Part shown: one piece after another, positions 1-12,600 of the stretch
Layout: each line of letters starts with the position of its first letter
Position numbering within the stretch: position 1 is the first letter of the stretch
Assembly (NCBI GenBank): GCA_964016885.1
Contig: OZ024740.1
Coordinates: 435,178,001 to 435,242,000, forward strand
DNA: 64,000 nt
Origin: Eledone cirrhosa
Taxonomy: Eukaryota
Reading direction: 5' to 3'
Position numbers and translations under genes: made by a program
The notes under the pieces: model-generated
The model's input: the letters and a program-made list of their open reading frames with translations, nothing else
The model's database searches: none
Told to the model about the DNA's origin: nothing

Positions 1-141
1 TGCCGTCCTCTTGTCAGATCCTCTAGTCAACCTTCAACCTGCCGTCCTCTTGTCAGATCCTCTAGTCAACCTTCAACGTGCCGTCCTCTTGTCAGATTCT
101 CTAGTCAACCTTCAACCTGCCGTCCTCTTGTCAGATCCTCT
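1..141. repeat. 39-bp tandem repeat (~3.6 copies, cut by window start)
   Basis: Unit tgccgtcctcttgtcagatcctctagtcaaccttcaacc reiterated. Confidence 0.9.
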
Positions 142-150
142 AAAACAACA

Positions 151-295
151 AAGCATAGTTACATCCCTTTACGATCTGAGTTCAAATCCCGCCGAGGTTG
201 ACTTTGCCTTTCATCCTTACGGAGTCGATAAAATAAAGTACCAGTAATGCACTGGGTAATTGCTGGCCTTGTGCCTAACGTAGAAACAATTATTA
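151..295 (+). mobile_element. tRNA-derived SINE, 5'-truncated (Meta-domain-like core)
   Basis: B-box gagttcaaatcc plus core gcctttcatccttacggagtcgataaaataaagtaccag; same family recurs at 6597, 8084, 8515 and 42800. Confidence 0.8.
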
Positions 296-382
296 ACCTG
301 TTACATTACAAACTATTTGATGTGCACTCTGAAAACAATGGCCAGTTATATGATATTGCAGCTGCTACCAACTGCTGACCTT

Positions 383-3300
383 ATAATAACACTACTATAA
401 TAACACTACTATAATAACACTACTATAATAACGCTACTATAATAACACTACTATAATAACACTACTATAATAACGCTACTATAATAACACTACTATAATA
501 ACGCTACTATAATAACACTACTATAATAACGCTACTATAATAACGCTACTATAATAACACTACTATAATAACGCTACGATAATAACGCTACCATAATAAC
601 GCTACCATAATAACACTACTATAATAACGCTACTATAATAACGCTACTATAATAACACTACTATAATAACGCTACTATAATAACGCTACTATAATAACAC
701 TACTATAATAACGCTACTATAATAACGCTACTATAATAACGCTACTATAATAACGCTACTATAATAACGCTACTATAATAACGCTACCATAATAACGCTA
801 CCATAATAACGCTACTATAATAACGCTACTATAATAACGCTACTATAATAACGCTACTATAATAACGCTACTATAATAACGCTACTATAATAACGCTACT
901 ATAATAACGCTACTATAATAACACTACTATAATAACGCTACTATAATAACGCTACTATAATAACGCTACTACTATAATAACACTACTATAATAACGCTAC
1001 TATAATAACACTACTATAATAACACTACTATAATAACACTACTATAATAACACTACTATAATAACACTACTATAATAACACTACTATAATAACGCTACTA
1101 TAATAACGCTACTATAATAACACTACTATAATAACACTACTATAATAACACTACTATAATAACGCTACTATAATAACGCTACTATAATAACGCTACTATA
1201 ATAACGCTACTATAATAACGCTACTATAATAACGCTACTATAATAACACTACTATAATAACGCTACTATAATAACGCTACTATAATAACACTACTATAAT
1301 AACGCTACTATAATAACGCTACTATAATAACGCTACTATAATAACGCTACTACTATAATAACGCTACTATAATAACACTACCATAATAACGCTACCATAA
1401 TAACGCTACTATAATAACGCTACCATAATAACGCTACCATAATAACGCTACCATAATAACGCTACCATAATAACGCTACCATAATAACGTTACCATAATA
1501 ACGCTACTATAATAACGCTACCATAATAACGCTACTATAATAACGCTACTATAATAACGCTACTATAATAACGCTACCATAATAACGCTACCATAATAAC
1601 ACTACTATAATAACGCTACCATAATAACGCTACTATAATAACGCTACTATAATAACGCTACTATAATAACGCTACCATAATAACGCTACTATAATAACGC
1701 TACTATAATAACGCTACCATAATAACGCTACCATAATAACGCTACCATAATAACGCTACACACGCTACCATAATAACGCTACCATAATAACGCTACCATA
1801 ATAACACTACTATAATAACGCTACTATAATAACGCTACTATAATAACGCTACTATAATAACGCTACCATAATAACGCTACCATAATAACGCTACCATAAT
1901 AACACTACCATAATAACGCTACTATAATAACGCTACTATAATAACGCTACCATAATAACACTACTATAATAACACTACTATAATAACGCTACTATAATAA
2001 CGCTTCTATAATAACGCTACTATAATAACGCTACTATAATAACGCTACTATAATAACGCTACTATAATAACACTACTATAATAACGCTACTATAATAACG
2101 CTACTATAATAACGCTACTATAATAACACTACTATAATAACGCTACTATAATAACGCTACTATAATAACGCTACTATAATAACGCTACTATAATAACACT
2201 ACTATAATAACACTACTATAATAACACTACTATAATAACACTACTATAATAACGCTACTATAATAACGCTACTATAATAACGCTACTATAATAACGCTAC
2301 TATAATAACGCTACCATAATAACGCTACTATAATAACGCTACTATAATAACGCTACTATAATAACGCTACTATAATAACGCTACTATAATAACGCTACCA
2401 TAATAACGCTACCATAATAACGCTACTATAATAACGCTACTATAATAACACTACTATAATAACGCTACTATAATAACGCTACTATAATAACGCTACTATA
2501 ATAACACTACTATAATAACGCTACTATAATAACGCTACTATAATAACGCTACTATAATAACACTACTATAATAACGCTACTATAATAACGCTACTACTAT
2601 AATAACACTACTATAATAACGCTACTATAATAACACTACTATAATAACACTACTATAATAACACTACTATAATAACGCTACTATAATAACGCTACTATAA
2701 TAACACTACTATAATAACACTACTATAATAACACTACTATAATAACACTACTATAATAACACTACTATAATAACACTACTATAATAACGCTACTATAATA
2801 ACGCTACTATAATAACGCTACTATAATAACGCTACTATCATAACGCTACTATAATAACGCTACTATAATAACGCTACTACTGTAATAACGCTACTATAAT
2901 AACACTACCATAATAACGCTACCATAATAACGCTACCATAATAACGCTACCATAATAACGCTACCATAATAACGCTACCATAATAACGCTACTATAATAA
3001 CGCTACCATAATAACGCTACCATAATAACGCTACCATAATAACGCTACCATAATAACGTTACCATAATAACGTTACCATAATAACGCTACCATAATAACG
3101 CTACTATAATAACGCTACTATAATAACGCTACTATAATAACGCTACTATAATAACGCTACCATAATAACGCTACCATAATAACGCTACCATAATAACGCT
3201 ACCATAATAACGCTACCATAATAACACTACTATAATAACGCTACCATAATAACGCTACCATAATAACGCTACCATAATAACGCTACTATAATAACGCTAC

Positions 3301-3875
3301 CATAATAACGCTACCATAATAACGCTACCATAATAACGCTACCATAATAACGCTACCATAATAACGCTACCATAATAACACTACTATAATAACGCTACTA
3401 TAATAACGCTACCATAATAACGCTACCATAATAACGCTACTATAATAACGCTACTATAATAACGCTACCATAATAACGCTACCATAATAACACTACTATA
3501 ATAACGCTACCATAATAACGCTACCATAATAACGCTACCATAATAACGCTACTATAATAACGCTACTATAATAACGCTACTATAATAACGCTACTATAAT
3601 AACGCTACCATAATAACGCTACCATAATAACGCTACCATAATAACGCTACTATAATAACGCTACCATAATAACGCTACCATAATAACGCTACCATAATAA
3701 CGCTACTATAATAACGCTACTATAATAACGCTACCATAATAACGCTACCATAATAACGCTACCATAATAACGCTACTATAATAACGCTACTATAATAACG
3801 CTACCATAATAACGCTACTATAATAACGCTACCATAATAACGCTACCATAATAACGCTACCATAATAACGCTACT
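383..3875. repeat. 14-bp minisatellite (~250 copies)
   Basis: Unit ataataac(g/a)ctac(t/c). Confidence 0.97.
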
Positions 3876-4033
3876 GTTAAGGTAGTGAATTGTCAGAGTC
3901 GTTAGAACGTCAGAATGGTTTACAGTAGTTCTTGCTTTTCTCTACTCTCTCAGTTCAAATTCTGCTGAGGTCAATTTTACCTTTCATCCATTTGAGGTCG
4001 ATAAAATAAGTACCAGTCATGTACTGGGATCAA
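3876..4033 (+). mobile_element. Diverged tRNA-derived SINE
   Basis: agttcaaattct B-box and cctttcatccatttgaggtcgataaaataagtaccag core. Confidence 0.7.
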
Positions 4034-4198
4034 TTTTTTCTCTATATCTCTTTCTCATTTCCATACTCTCTCTATCCTATACAGTACCCCCATGACTCCC
4101 TCGGGAGTTATGGAACCATGCATGCATACCAGCTGTGGACATCTATCTTTCTCTCTTCCTCTCTATCTCTCTCACTATATATATATATATATATATAT

Positions 4199-5061
4199 AT
4201 CATCATCATCATCATCAAGACCGTTTTACGCCCATTCTTCTATGCTAGCATGGGTTAGACAAGTTGTCCTGTTGTGGGCAATGTTCGGTTGGTTGACCAT
4301 GTCTTGCTCATACAGAAATGATTCTGGCTTGATTTCTACAGCTGGATGCCCTTCCTAACATCAAACTAATTTACAGTGAGTGCTGGATGATTTTTATTGT
4401 GACACCTACACGATCACTTTACAGTGGGGGTCGAGTGGGGCATACGGTCTATAGCTCCAGCTTGTACCTGTGGGAAGTCAGGTCTTCTGTATTATTGCGT
4501 AACACCAGAGGTCTGTGTCATCGCCTTTGAGAGGTGTAATTGGGTAAGATCAGCTTTTATCACCTCATCCCAAGTCTTCCTGGGTCTCCCCACTCCAAGG
4601 CTTCCTTCCGCTTCTAGCGCTCTGCACCTTTTTATGCAGCTGCCATTCTTCATACGCATCTCATGTCCATACCAACGCAACCGCCTCTCCTGCACACAGC
4701 ATTTGATTCCTCTTATGCTCAGTCTCTCTCTCAATTCGTTTATTCATTGCCATTCGTGTACATTACTATTACACATCCATCGGAGCATGCAGGCTTCGTT
4801 TCTTTCCAATCTATGCAAGTCTTCCACATTCAGTGCCCAGGTCTCACTGCCATGTAACATTGCTGTTTGTATACATGCATCATACAGTCTGCCTTTCATT
4901 TTGAGGGAAAAGCCTTTTGTAGCCAGCAGTAATAGTAGCTCCCTGAACTTCTTCCATCGTATTCTGACTCTGGTTACTGTACTTTCAGAACACCCACCTC
5001 CACTGTTAATTCGGTCACCTAGGTAGCAGAAGCTGTCTACTGTTTCTACCATTGGTGTCAA
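4199..5061 (-). mobile_element. 5'-truncated RTE-clade LINE
   Basis: Minus-strand ORF pieces VDSFCYLGD...MLHGSETWAL...RRLRWYGH...GRPRKTW, followed by a 3'UTR and a (gat)n tail (seen as catcat at 4199-4218). Confidence 0.92.
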
Positions 5062-5168
5062 TTCTTCCTCTATACCTCATTCTCTCACCCTCTCTATCCT
5101 TCTCTGGAAGAAATCTGGTGTATTCAAACCTGGAAAGGAGATGGAGCCTGCCAGGTTTGAAAATGCCT

Positions 5169-6272
5169 TAGAAACACTGTATATGAGGAGTTATAGTACC
5201 ATGCTGTAATCTAGCATTGTTAGAAACACTGTATATGAGGAGTTATAGTACCATGCTGTAATCTAGCATTGTTAGAAACACTGTATATGAGGAGTTATAG
5301 TACCATGCTGTAATCTAGCATTGTTAGAAACACTGTATATGAGGAGTTATAGTACCATGCTGTAATCTAGCATTGTTAGAAACACTGTATATGAGGAGTT
5401 ATAGTACCATGCTGTAATCTAGCATTGTTAGAAACACTGTATATGAGGAGTTATAGTACCATGCTGTAATCTAGCATTGTTAGAAACACTGTATATGAGG
5501 AGTTATAGTACCATGCTGTAATCTAGCATTGTTAGAAACACTGTATATGAGGAGTTATAGTACCATGCTGTAATCTAGCATTGTTAGAAACACTGTATAT
5601 GAGGAGTTATAGTACCATGCTGTAATCTAGCATTGTTAGAAACACTGTATATGAGGAGTTATAGTACCATGCTGTAATCTAGCATTGTTAGAAACACTGT
5701 ATATGAGGAGTTATAGTACCATGCTGTAATCTAGCATTGTTAGAAACACTGTATATGAGGAGTTATAGTACCATGCTGTAATCTAGCATTGTTAGAAACA
5801 CTGTATATGAGGAGTTATAGTACCATGCTGTAATCTAGCATTGTTAGAAACACTGTATATGAGGAGTTATAGTACCATGCTGTAATCTAGCATTGTTAGA
5901 AACACTGTATATGAGGAGTTATAGTACCATGCTGTAATCTAGCATTGTTAGAAACACTGTATATGAGGAGTTATAGTACCATGCTGTAATCTAGCATTGT
6001 TAGAAACACTGTATATGAGGAGTTATAGTACCATGCTGTAATCTAGCATTGTTAGAAACACTGTATATGAGGAGTTATAGTACCATGCTGTAATCTAGCA
6101 TTGTTAGAAACACTGTATATGAGGAGTTATAGTACCATGCTGTAATCTAGCATTGTTAGAAACACTGTATATGAGGAGTTATAGTACCATGCTGTAATCT
6201 AGCATTGTTAGAAACACTGTATATGAGGAGTTATAGTACCATGCTGTAATCTAGCATTGTTAGAAACACTGT
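5169..6272. repeat. 52-bp minisatellite (~21 essentially identical copies)
   Basis: Unit ttagaaacactgtatatgaggagttatagtaccatgctgtaatctagcattg. Confidence 0.97.
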
Positions 6273-6402
6273 TTCAATAACAGGCTACTACGGTACTTCC
6301 TCCTATGGTCTTACCCCCCCCCCCCCCCCCCTCAAAGTGTATTTCATAGAATTGTATTCTTCCATTATTTCAAGTTATTTTCATTCTTCACTTTTTTATA
6401 CA

Positions 6403-6548
6403 AGAGAGAGATGGGGGGGAGGGGGAGATAGGAGAGAGAGAGAGAGAGTGATATAGGAGAGAGAGAGAGAGTGATATAGGAGAGAGAGAGAGTGAGATAG
6501 GAGAGAGAGAGAGAGAGTGAGATGGAGCAAGGGGGAGAGAGAGAGTAG
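6403..6548. repeat. (GA)n-rich microsatellite
   Basis: Direct reading. Confidence 0.9.
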
Positions 6549-6596
6549 GAGCAGCAATTTGTCTGGTATTGGTGAAAACAGGCAATCATTATTTCT

Positions 6597-6776
6597 AGGC
6601 AGTATCGGTAGAGGGTCAGACGCCATGCTTTCCAGCATAGTTACGTCCCTTTACGGTCTGAGTTCAAATCCCGCCGAGGTTAACTTTGCCTTTCATCTTT
6701 ACGGGGTCGATAAAATAAAGTACCAGTAATGTACTGGGTAATTGATGGCCTTCGGCCAAATGTAGAAACAATTATT
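6597..6776 (+). mobile_element. tRNA-derived SINE
   Basis: ggcagtatcggtagagggtcagacgcc head, B-box, conserved core, end tagaaacaattatt. Confidence 0.85.
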
Positions 6777-7386
6777 TCTAATATTGATATTTTGGAGAAG
6801 TGCGGGGGGGGGGGGGGGGGGCAATTTTGTTACTTCAACCCACACCACAGTATTTCACTTTGCCCATGCTGGGTGCATCACATTCTAGGGTACAGTCTTA
6901 ACCCACTCCATCAAACTACCCATGCAGTATTACACTTTGCCCAAGCTGACCCCACTATTTCATGTCTGAGAAATGGGCAAAAATCCAAACCTTATTTATG
7001 TAGAATTTGTAGTTGGTGAACATCAAAATATTGACCCTGAATATAACCTGAGCCCCTTCTATCATCGAATTTTTGGTCACATATTCCTCGGCTTACATTC
7101 AAGTACACACAGTACTTCAACCCACTCCATCCCCTACCCACACACTATTTTATCAAAAGGTAGTATTTTATTAACCTTAGATAAAAGGTAAAGTGGATAG
7201 GGAGCTGGCTATGATCATATGTTTGTCTTTACTATATGGGCGGTTTACTACATTCTAGATATACCAATATACTTCAGTGACTACAGAAACATTTGACAAT
7301 GTAACAGACAGGTTAAATATCTTACTTGAGCTATCCAACCTTGTGTCCTACTTAATGACATAACTTTACTTCAATTTCTATATTTT

Positions 7387-7886
7387 TAAGCCTTTCGTTA
7401 CCAGATTTCTAATGAAAGACACTGCATTTGAATTAATGAAAAATTTGGAAGGATTTACTAAAATTATCAATTATTTCATTAATCTGGTGTTTTTAACTTA
7501 ACAGAAAGTTCTTCAGGATTACTGAAGCATAGAACAAACTCCCTGCATCAGTTGTTAGCTGTTGGGACACTGCATCCTTTAAAACCTCCATGCTTCCCAA
7601 AATTCACCAACACCACACCTGATATTTTCCCTCCATACACACGCACACATGTGTCTGTATATATATCATAACTCATACTGTTTACTTTTCTGACATCTGT
7701 ACATTATTCTATGTACTATATATGCAGCTTTGATGAGTTGTAGTGCACCTGAGCACTGTACACAATTTTCATTATTATTATTATTATGTTGGAAGATTTT
7801 AATCTGGATAGGAACTGCTTATCAGGTGTGGTTCTGTTTTATAGAACCAGAGGCAGTTTTGGTCAGGTTGATATAAAGTGGGTTAA
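7387..7886. mobile_element. Degenerate TTAA-ended (piggyBac-like) MITE interrupted by a CR1 fragment
   Basis: Left end ttaagcctttcgttacc, right end gatataaagtgggttaa; related ends near 41880 and 60780. Confidence 0.45.
7513..7786 (+). mobile_element. CR1/L2-type LINE 3' end
   Basis: Reverse complement of 46166-46540 copy; (tta)n tail. Confidence 0.75.
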
Positions 7887-8083
7887 CAAAATACCATACA
7901 TTTCAACTCTTAACATCCTCTAATGATTTAGAAGAAAATATCTAAAAATGGGTTTCTTAATTCAAATGTTTGTAGTATCTTTACAGGTAGACAGATTCTT
8001 GTGAAAATTTACAGTAAACTAAAGTGAAGACTTAGTGCTGTTTTGTAATTTTTAAGTATGTGCTGTTCATGTGGTACAGGACG

Positions 8084-8630
8084 TTAATAATTAATAATTG
8101 TTTCTACTTTAAGCACAAGGCCAGCAACTACTCAGTGCATTACTGGTACTTTATTTTATCGACCCCGTAAGGATGAAAAGCAAAGTCAACCTCGGCGGGA
8201 TTTGAACTCAGATCATAAAGGGACGTAACTATGCTGAAAAGCATGGCGTCTGACCCTCTACCGATACTGCCAATCCACCGCCAATCCGTTAATAATTAAT
8301 AATGGTTTCTGATTTAGGCACAAGGCCAACAATCTTGGGAGAGGGGAAAGTAAATTAAATCAACCTCTGTGTTACTGGTACTATATTTTATAGACCCCGT
8401 AAGGATGAACGGTAAAGCTCACCTTGGTGGGATTTGAACTCAGATTGTAAAGGGACGTAACTATGTCACAAATGTTCGACGCTCTACCAATTACTGCCAA
8501 TCCACCGCCCTTAATAATTTATAATTGTTTCTATTTTTGGCACAAGGCCAGCAATTACCCAGTACATTACTGGTACTTTATTTTATCGACCCCGTAAGGA
8601 TGAAAGGCAAAGTTTACCTCGGCGGGATTT
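8084..8630 (-). mobile_element. Cluster of three tandem SINE copies (8084-8287, 8288-8512, 8513-8630 partial)
   Basis: Each begins ttaataatt...ggcacaaggcca...tactggtac...cgaccccgtaaggatga, i.e. the reverse complement of the 6597 SINE. Confidence 0.85.
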
Positions 8631-9199
8631 AATAATTTATAATGTTAATAAATGGTAAATAATAAATACCTAAGATATAGCACAGAAAAAAATAGAAGGT
8701 TCCAATTGTCAACGTTTTCTCCCTTTCAGACCCTCTTTGGGATCTCGGGATATGCAATCTTTGTGTGTCCATACCACTCCCAGGACAGGTTGCAGGCCCA
8801 TCACTAGTTTTTGTCGCATCAAATGGAGACTGTAAACAAGCCCCACTACCCAATGCCTGAATGTGTGTGTCCCCCCCCAATGCAAAGGACGATGTGATAT
8901 GGTTCTTTTTTGTTCCTCTCATCATACTACAGTAGCAGTTTCAGTGGTCTTATTCGCGCCAGTCACCAATCTGGTATTTTGTCAAACCTGTGAAGACTAG
9001 GCTTTGTTAGAGGTGTCATGCTGTGTAACTACAATAGAACACCTGAGGGAGACGTAGAAATTCTGCAATGACAGGGTTTCTAGAACATTGTTTTTTTAAA
9101 CTTGGTGGAGCCCATCCCCTCTCCAGGTCTGAATACGGAAGATTTCTTCCAGAGAAGGATAGAAAATGACAGAAAGTGAGAGAGAGATATAAAGGAAGA

Positions 9200-9350
9200 A
9201 TTGACCCCAGTACTAAACTGGTACATTTGTTATCGACTTTGAATGGATAAAAGGTAAAGTTGACCTCAACGGGATTGAAACCGAGAAAGGAGAGAGCCGA
9301 AACTAATAGCACAAAGCACTCTATAACTCTGGTAATCCACCGCCTCAATA
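9200..9350 (-). mobile_element. Diverged tRNA-derived SINE
   Basis: gaccccagtactaaactggtac...atcgac...aaggtaaagttgacctc...aatccaccgcct. Confidence 0.65.
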
Positions 9351-9421
9351 CAACACTACAATATAAAGTAACCCAGAAAGTGAGGACATCATTTATCTGG
9401 AATATTAAGAAATCAACTTAC

Positions 9422-9482
9422 CCGTAGTTCAATCTGTTCTTCATTTTCTTTACTTTTCAATGCTGTATAATCTTTCTCTAAC
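9422..9482 (-). CDS. EVI5: Internal coding exon of an EVI5/EVI5L-like Rab GTPase-activating (TBC) protein, post-TBC coiled coil
   Basis: Minus strand: acceptor gttttgtttacctttcag | G TTA GAG AAA GAT TAT ... CTA CGG | gtaagt donor. 61 nt, phase 2 in and phase 0 out. Peptide LEKDYTALKSKENEEQIELR resembles EVI5 KLEKEYTTIKTKEMEEQVEIKR (recalled sequence, not searched). Confidence 0.82.
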
Positions 9483-9511
9483 CTGAAAGGTAAACAAAAC
9501 ATAGTAAGATT

Positions 9512-9522
9512 TATGATGATGA

Positions 9523-9553
<31 letters not shown>

Positions 9554-9636
9554 ACTGATGATGGTGATGATGATGGTGGTAACGATGGTGATGGTATAAT
9601 GGTGGTGATGGTAGTACTGATGATGATGATTGTTGT
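9512..9636. repeat. (GAT/GGT)n microsatellite
   Basis: Direct reading. Confidence 0.9.
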
Positions 9637-9679
9637 TAAGTAATAACAGCATTTGCTGTGTATTCAGTGTAATTCATTA

Positions 9680-12600
9680 GTCTATTGTTATAGACCAAAC
9701 TTGTATACAGGATAGACATGGTCTCACAATCTCTCTAGCTGAGAACTAATTATAGAGTAACAGTCTATTGTTATAGACCAAACTTGTATACAGGATAGAC
9801 ATGGTCTCACAATCTCTCTAGCTGAGAACTAATTATAGAGTAACAGTCTATTGTTATAGACCAAACTTGTATACAGGATAGACATGGTCTCACAATCTCT
9901 CTAGCTGAGAACTATAGAGTAACAGTCTATTGTTATAGACCAAACTTGTATACAAGATAGACATGGTCCCACAATCTCTCTAGCTGAGAACTAATTATAG
10001 AGTAACAGTCTATTGTTATAGACCAAACTTGTATACAAGATAGACATGGTCTCATAATCTCTCTAGCTGAGAACTAATTATAGAGTAACAGTCTATTGTT
10101 ATAGACCAAACTTGTATACAAGATAGACATGGTCTCATAATCTCTCTAGCTGAGAACTAATTATAGAGTAACAGTCTATTGTTATAGACCAAACTTGTAT
10201 ACAAGATAGACATGGTCTCATAATCTCTCTAGCTGAGAACTAATTATAGAGTAACAGTCTATTGTTATAGACCAAACTTGTATACAGGATAGACATGGTC
10301 TCATAATCTCTCTAGCTGAGAACTAATTATAGAGTAACAGTCTATTGTTATAGACCAAACTTGTATACAAGATAGACATGGTCTCACAATCTCTCTAGCT
10401 GAGAACTAATTATAGAGTAACAGTCTATTGTTATAGACCAAACTTGTATACAGGATAGACATGGTTTCATAATCTCTCTAGCTGAGAACTAATTATAGAG
10501 TAACAGTCTATTGTTATAGACCAAACTTGTATACAAGATAGACATGGTCTCACAATCTCTCTAGCTGAGAACTAATTATAGAGTAACAGTCTATTGTTAT
10601 AGACCAAACTTGTATACAGGATAGACATGGTCTCATAATCTCTCTAGCTGAGAACTAATTATAGAGTAACAGTCTATTGTTATAGACCAAACTTGTATAC
10701 AGGATAGACATGGTCTCATAATCTCTCTAGCTGAGAACTAATTATAGAGTAACAGTCTATTGTTATAGACCAAACTTGTATACAAGATAGACATGGTCTC
10801 ATAATCTCTCTAGCTGAGAACTAATTATAGAGTAACAGTCTATTGTTATAGACCAAACTTGTATACAGGATAGACATGGTCTCATAATCTCTCTAGCTGA
10901 GAACTAATTATAGAGTAACAGTCTATTGTTATAGACCAAACTTGTATACAAGATAGACATGGTCTCACAATCTCTCTAGCTGAGAACTAATTATAGAGTA
11001 ACAGTCTATTGTTATAGACCAAACTTGTATACAGGATAGACATGGTTTCATAATCTCTCTAGCTGAGAACTAATTATAGAGTAACAGTCTATTGTTATAG
11101 ACCAAACTTGTATACAAGATAGACATGGTCTCACAATCTCTCTAGCTGAGAACTAATTATAGAGTAACAGTCTATTGTTATAGACCAAACTTGTATACAG
11201 GATAGACATGGTCTCACAATCTCTCTAGCTGAGAACTAATTATAGAGTAACAGTCTATTGTTATAGACCAAACTTGTATACAGGATAGACATGGTCTCAC
11301 AATCTCTCTAGCTGAGAACTATAGAGTAACAGTCTATTGTTATAGACCAAACTTGTATACAAGATAGACATGGTCTCACAATCTCTCTAGCTGAGAACTA
11401 ATTATAGAGTAACAGTCTATTGTTATAGACCAAACTTGTATACAAGATAGACATGGTCTCATAATCTCTCTAGCTGAGAACTAATTATAGAGTAACAGTC
11501 TATTGTTATAGACCAAACTTGTATACAGGATAGACATGGTCTCACAATCTCTCTAGCTGAGAACTAATTATAGAGTAACAGTCTATTGTTATAGACCAAA
11601 CTTGTATACAAGATAGACATGGTCTCACAATCTCTCTAGCTGAGAACTAATTATAGAGTAACAGTCTATTGTTATAGACCAAACTTGTATACAAGATAGA
11701 CATGGTCTCATAATCTCTCTAGCTGAGAACTAATTATAGAGTAACAGTCTATTGTTATAGACCAAACTTGTATACAAGATAGACATGGTCTCATAATCTC
11801 TCTAGCTGAGAACTAATTATAGAGTAACAGTCTATTGTTATAGACCAAACTTGTATACAGGATAGACATGGTCTCATAATCTCTCTAGCTGAGAACTAAT
11901 TATAGAGTAACAGTCTATTGTTATAGACCAAACTTGTATACAAGATAGACATGGTCTCACAATCTCTCTAGCTGAGAACTAATTATAGAGTAACAGTCTA
12001 TTGTTATAGACCAAACTTGTATACAGGATAGACATGGTTTCATAATCTCTCTAGCTGAGAACTAATTATAGAGTAACAGTCTATTGTTATAGACCAAACT
12101 TGTATACAAGATAGACATGGTCTCACAATCTCTCTAGCTGAGAACTAATTATATAGTAACAGTCTATTGTTATAGACCAAACTTGTATACAGGATAGACA
12201 TGGTCTCATAATCTCTCTAGCTGAGAACTAATTATAGAGTAACAGTCTATTGTTATAGACCAAACTTGTATACAAGATAGACATGGTCTCATAATCTCTC
12301 TAGCTGAGAACTAATTATAGAGTAACAGTCTATTGTTATAGACCAAACTTGTATACAAGATAGACATGGTCTCATAATCTCTCTAGCTGAGAAGTAATTA
12401 TAGAGTAACAGTCTATTGTTATAGACCAAACTTGTATACAGGATAGACATGGTCTCATAATCTCTCTAGCTGAGAACTAATTATAGAGTAACAGTCTATT
12501 GTTATAGACCAAACTTGTATACAAGATAGACATGGTCTCACAATCTCTCTAGCTGAGAACTAATTATAGAGTAACAGTCTATTGTTATAGACCAAACTTG

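Noticed and set aside
8629-8925. 98-aa minus-strand ORF near the EVI5 exon
   Set aside because: No recognisable homology to the expected next EVI5 exon and no clear splice sites
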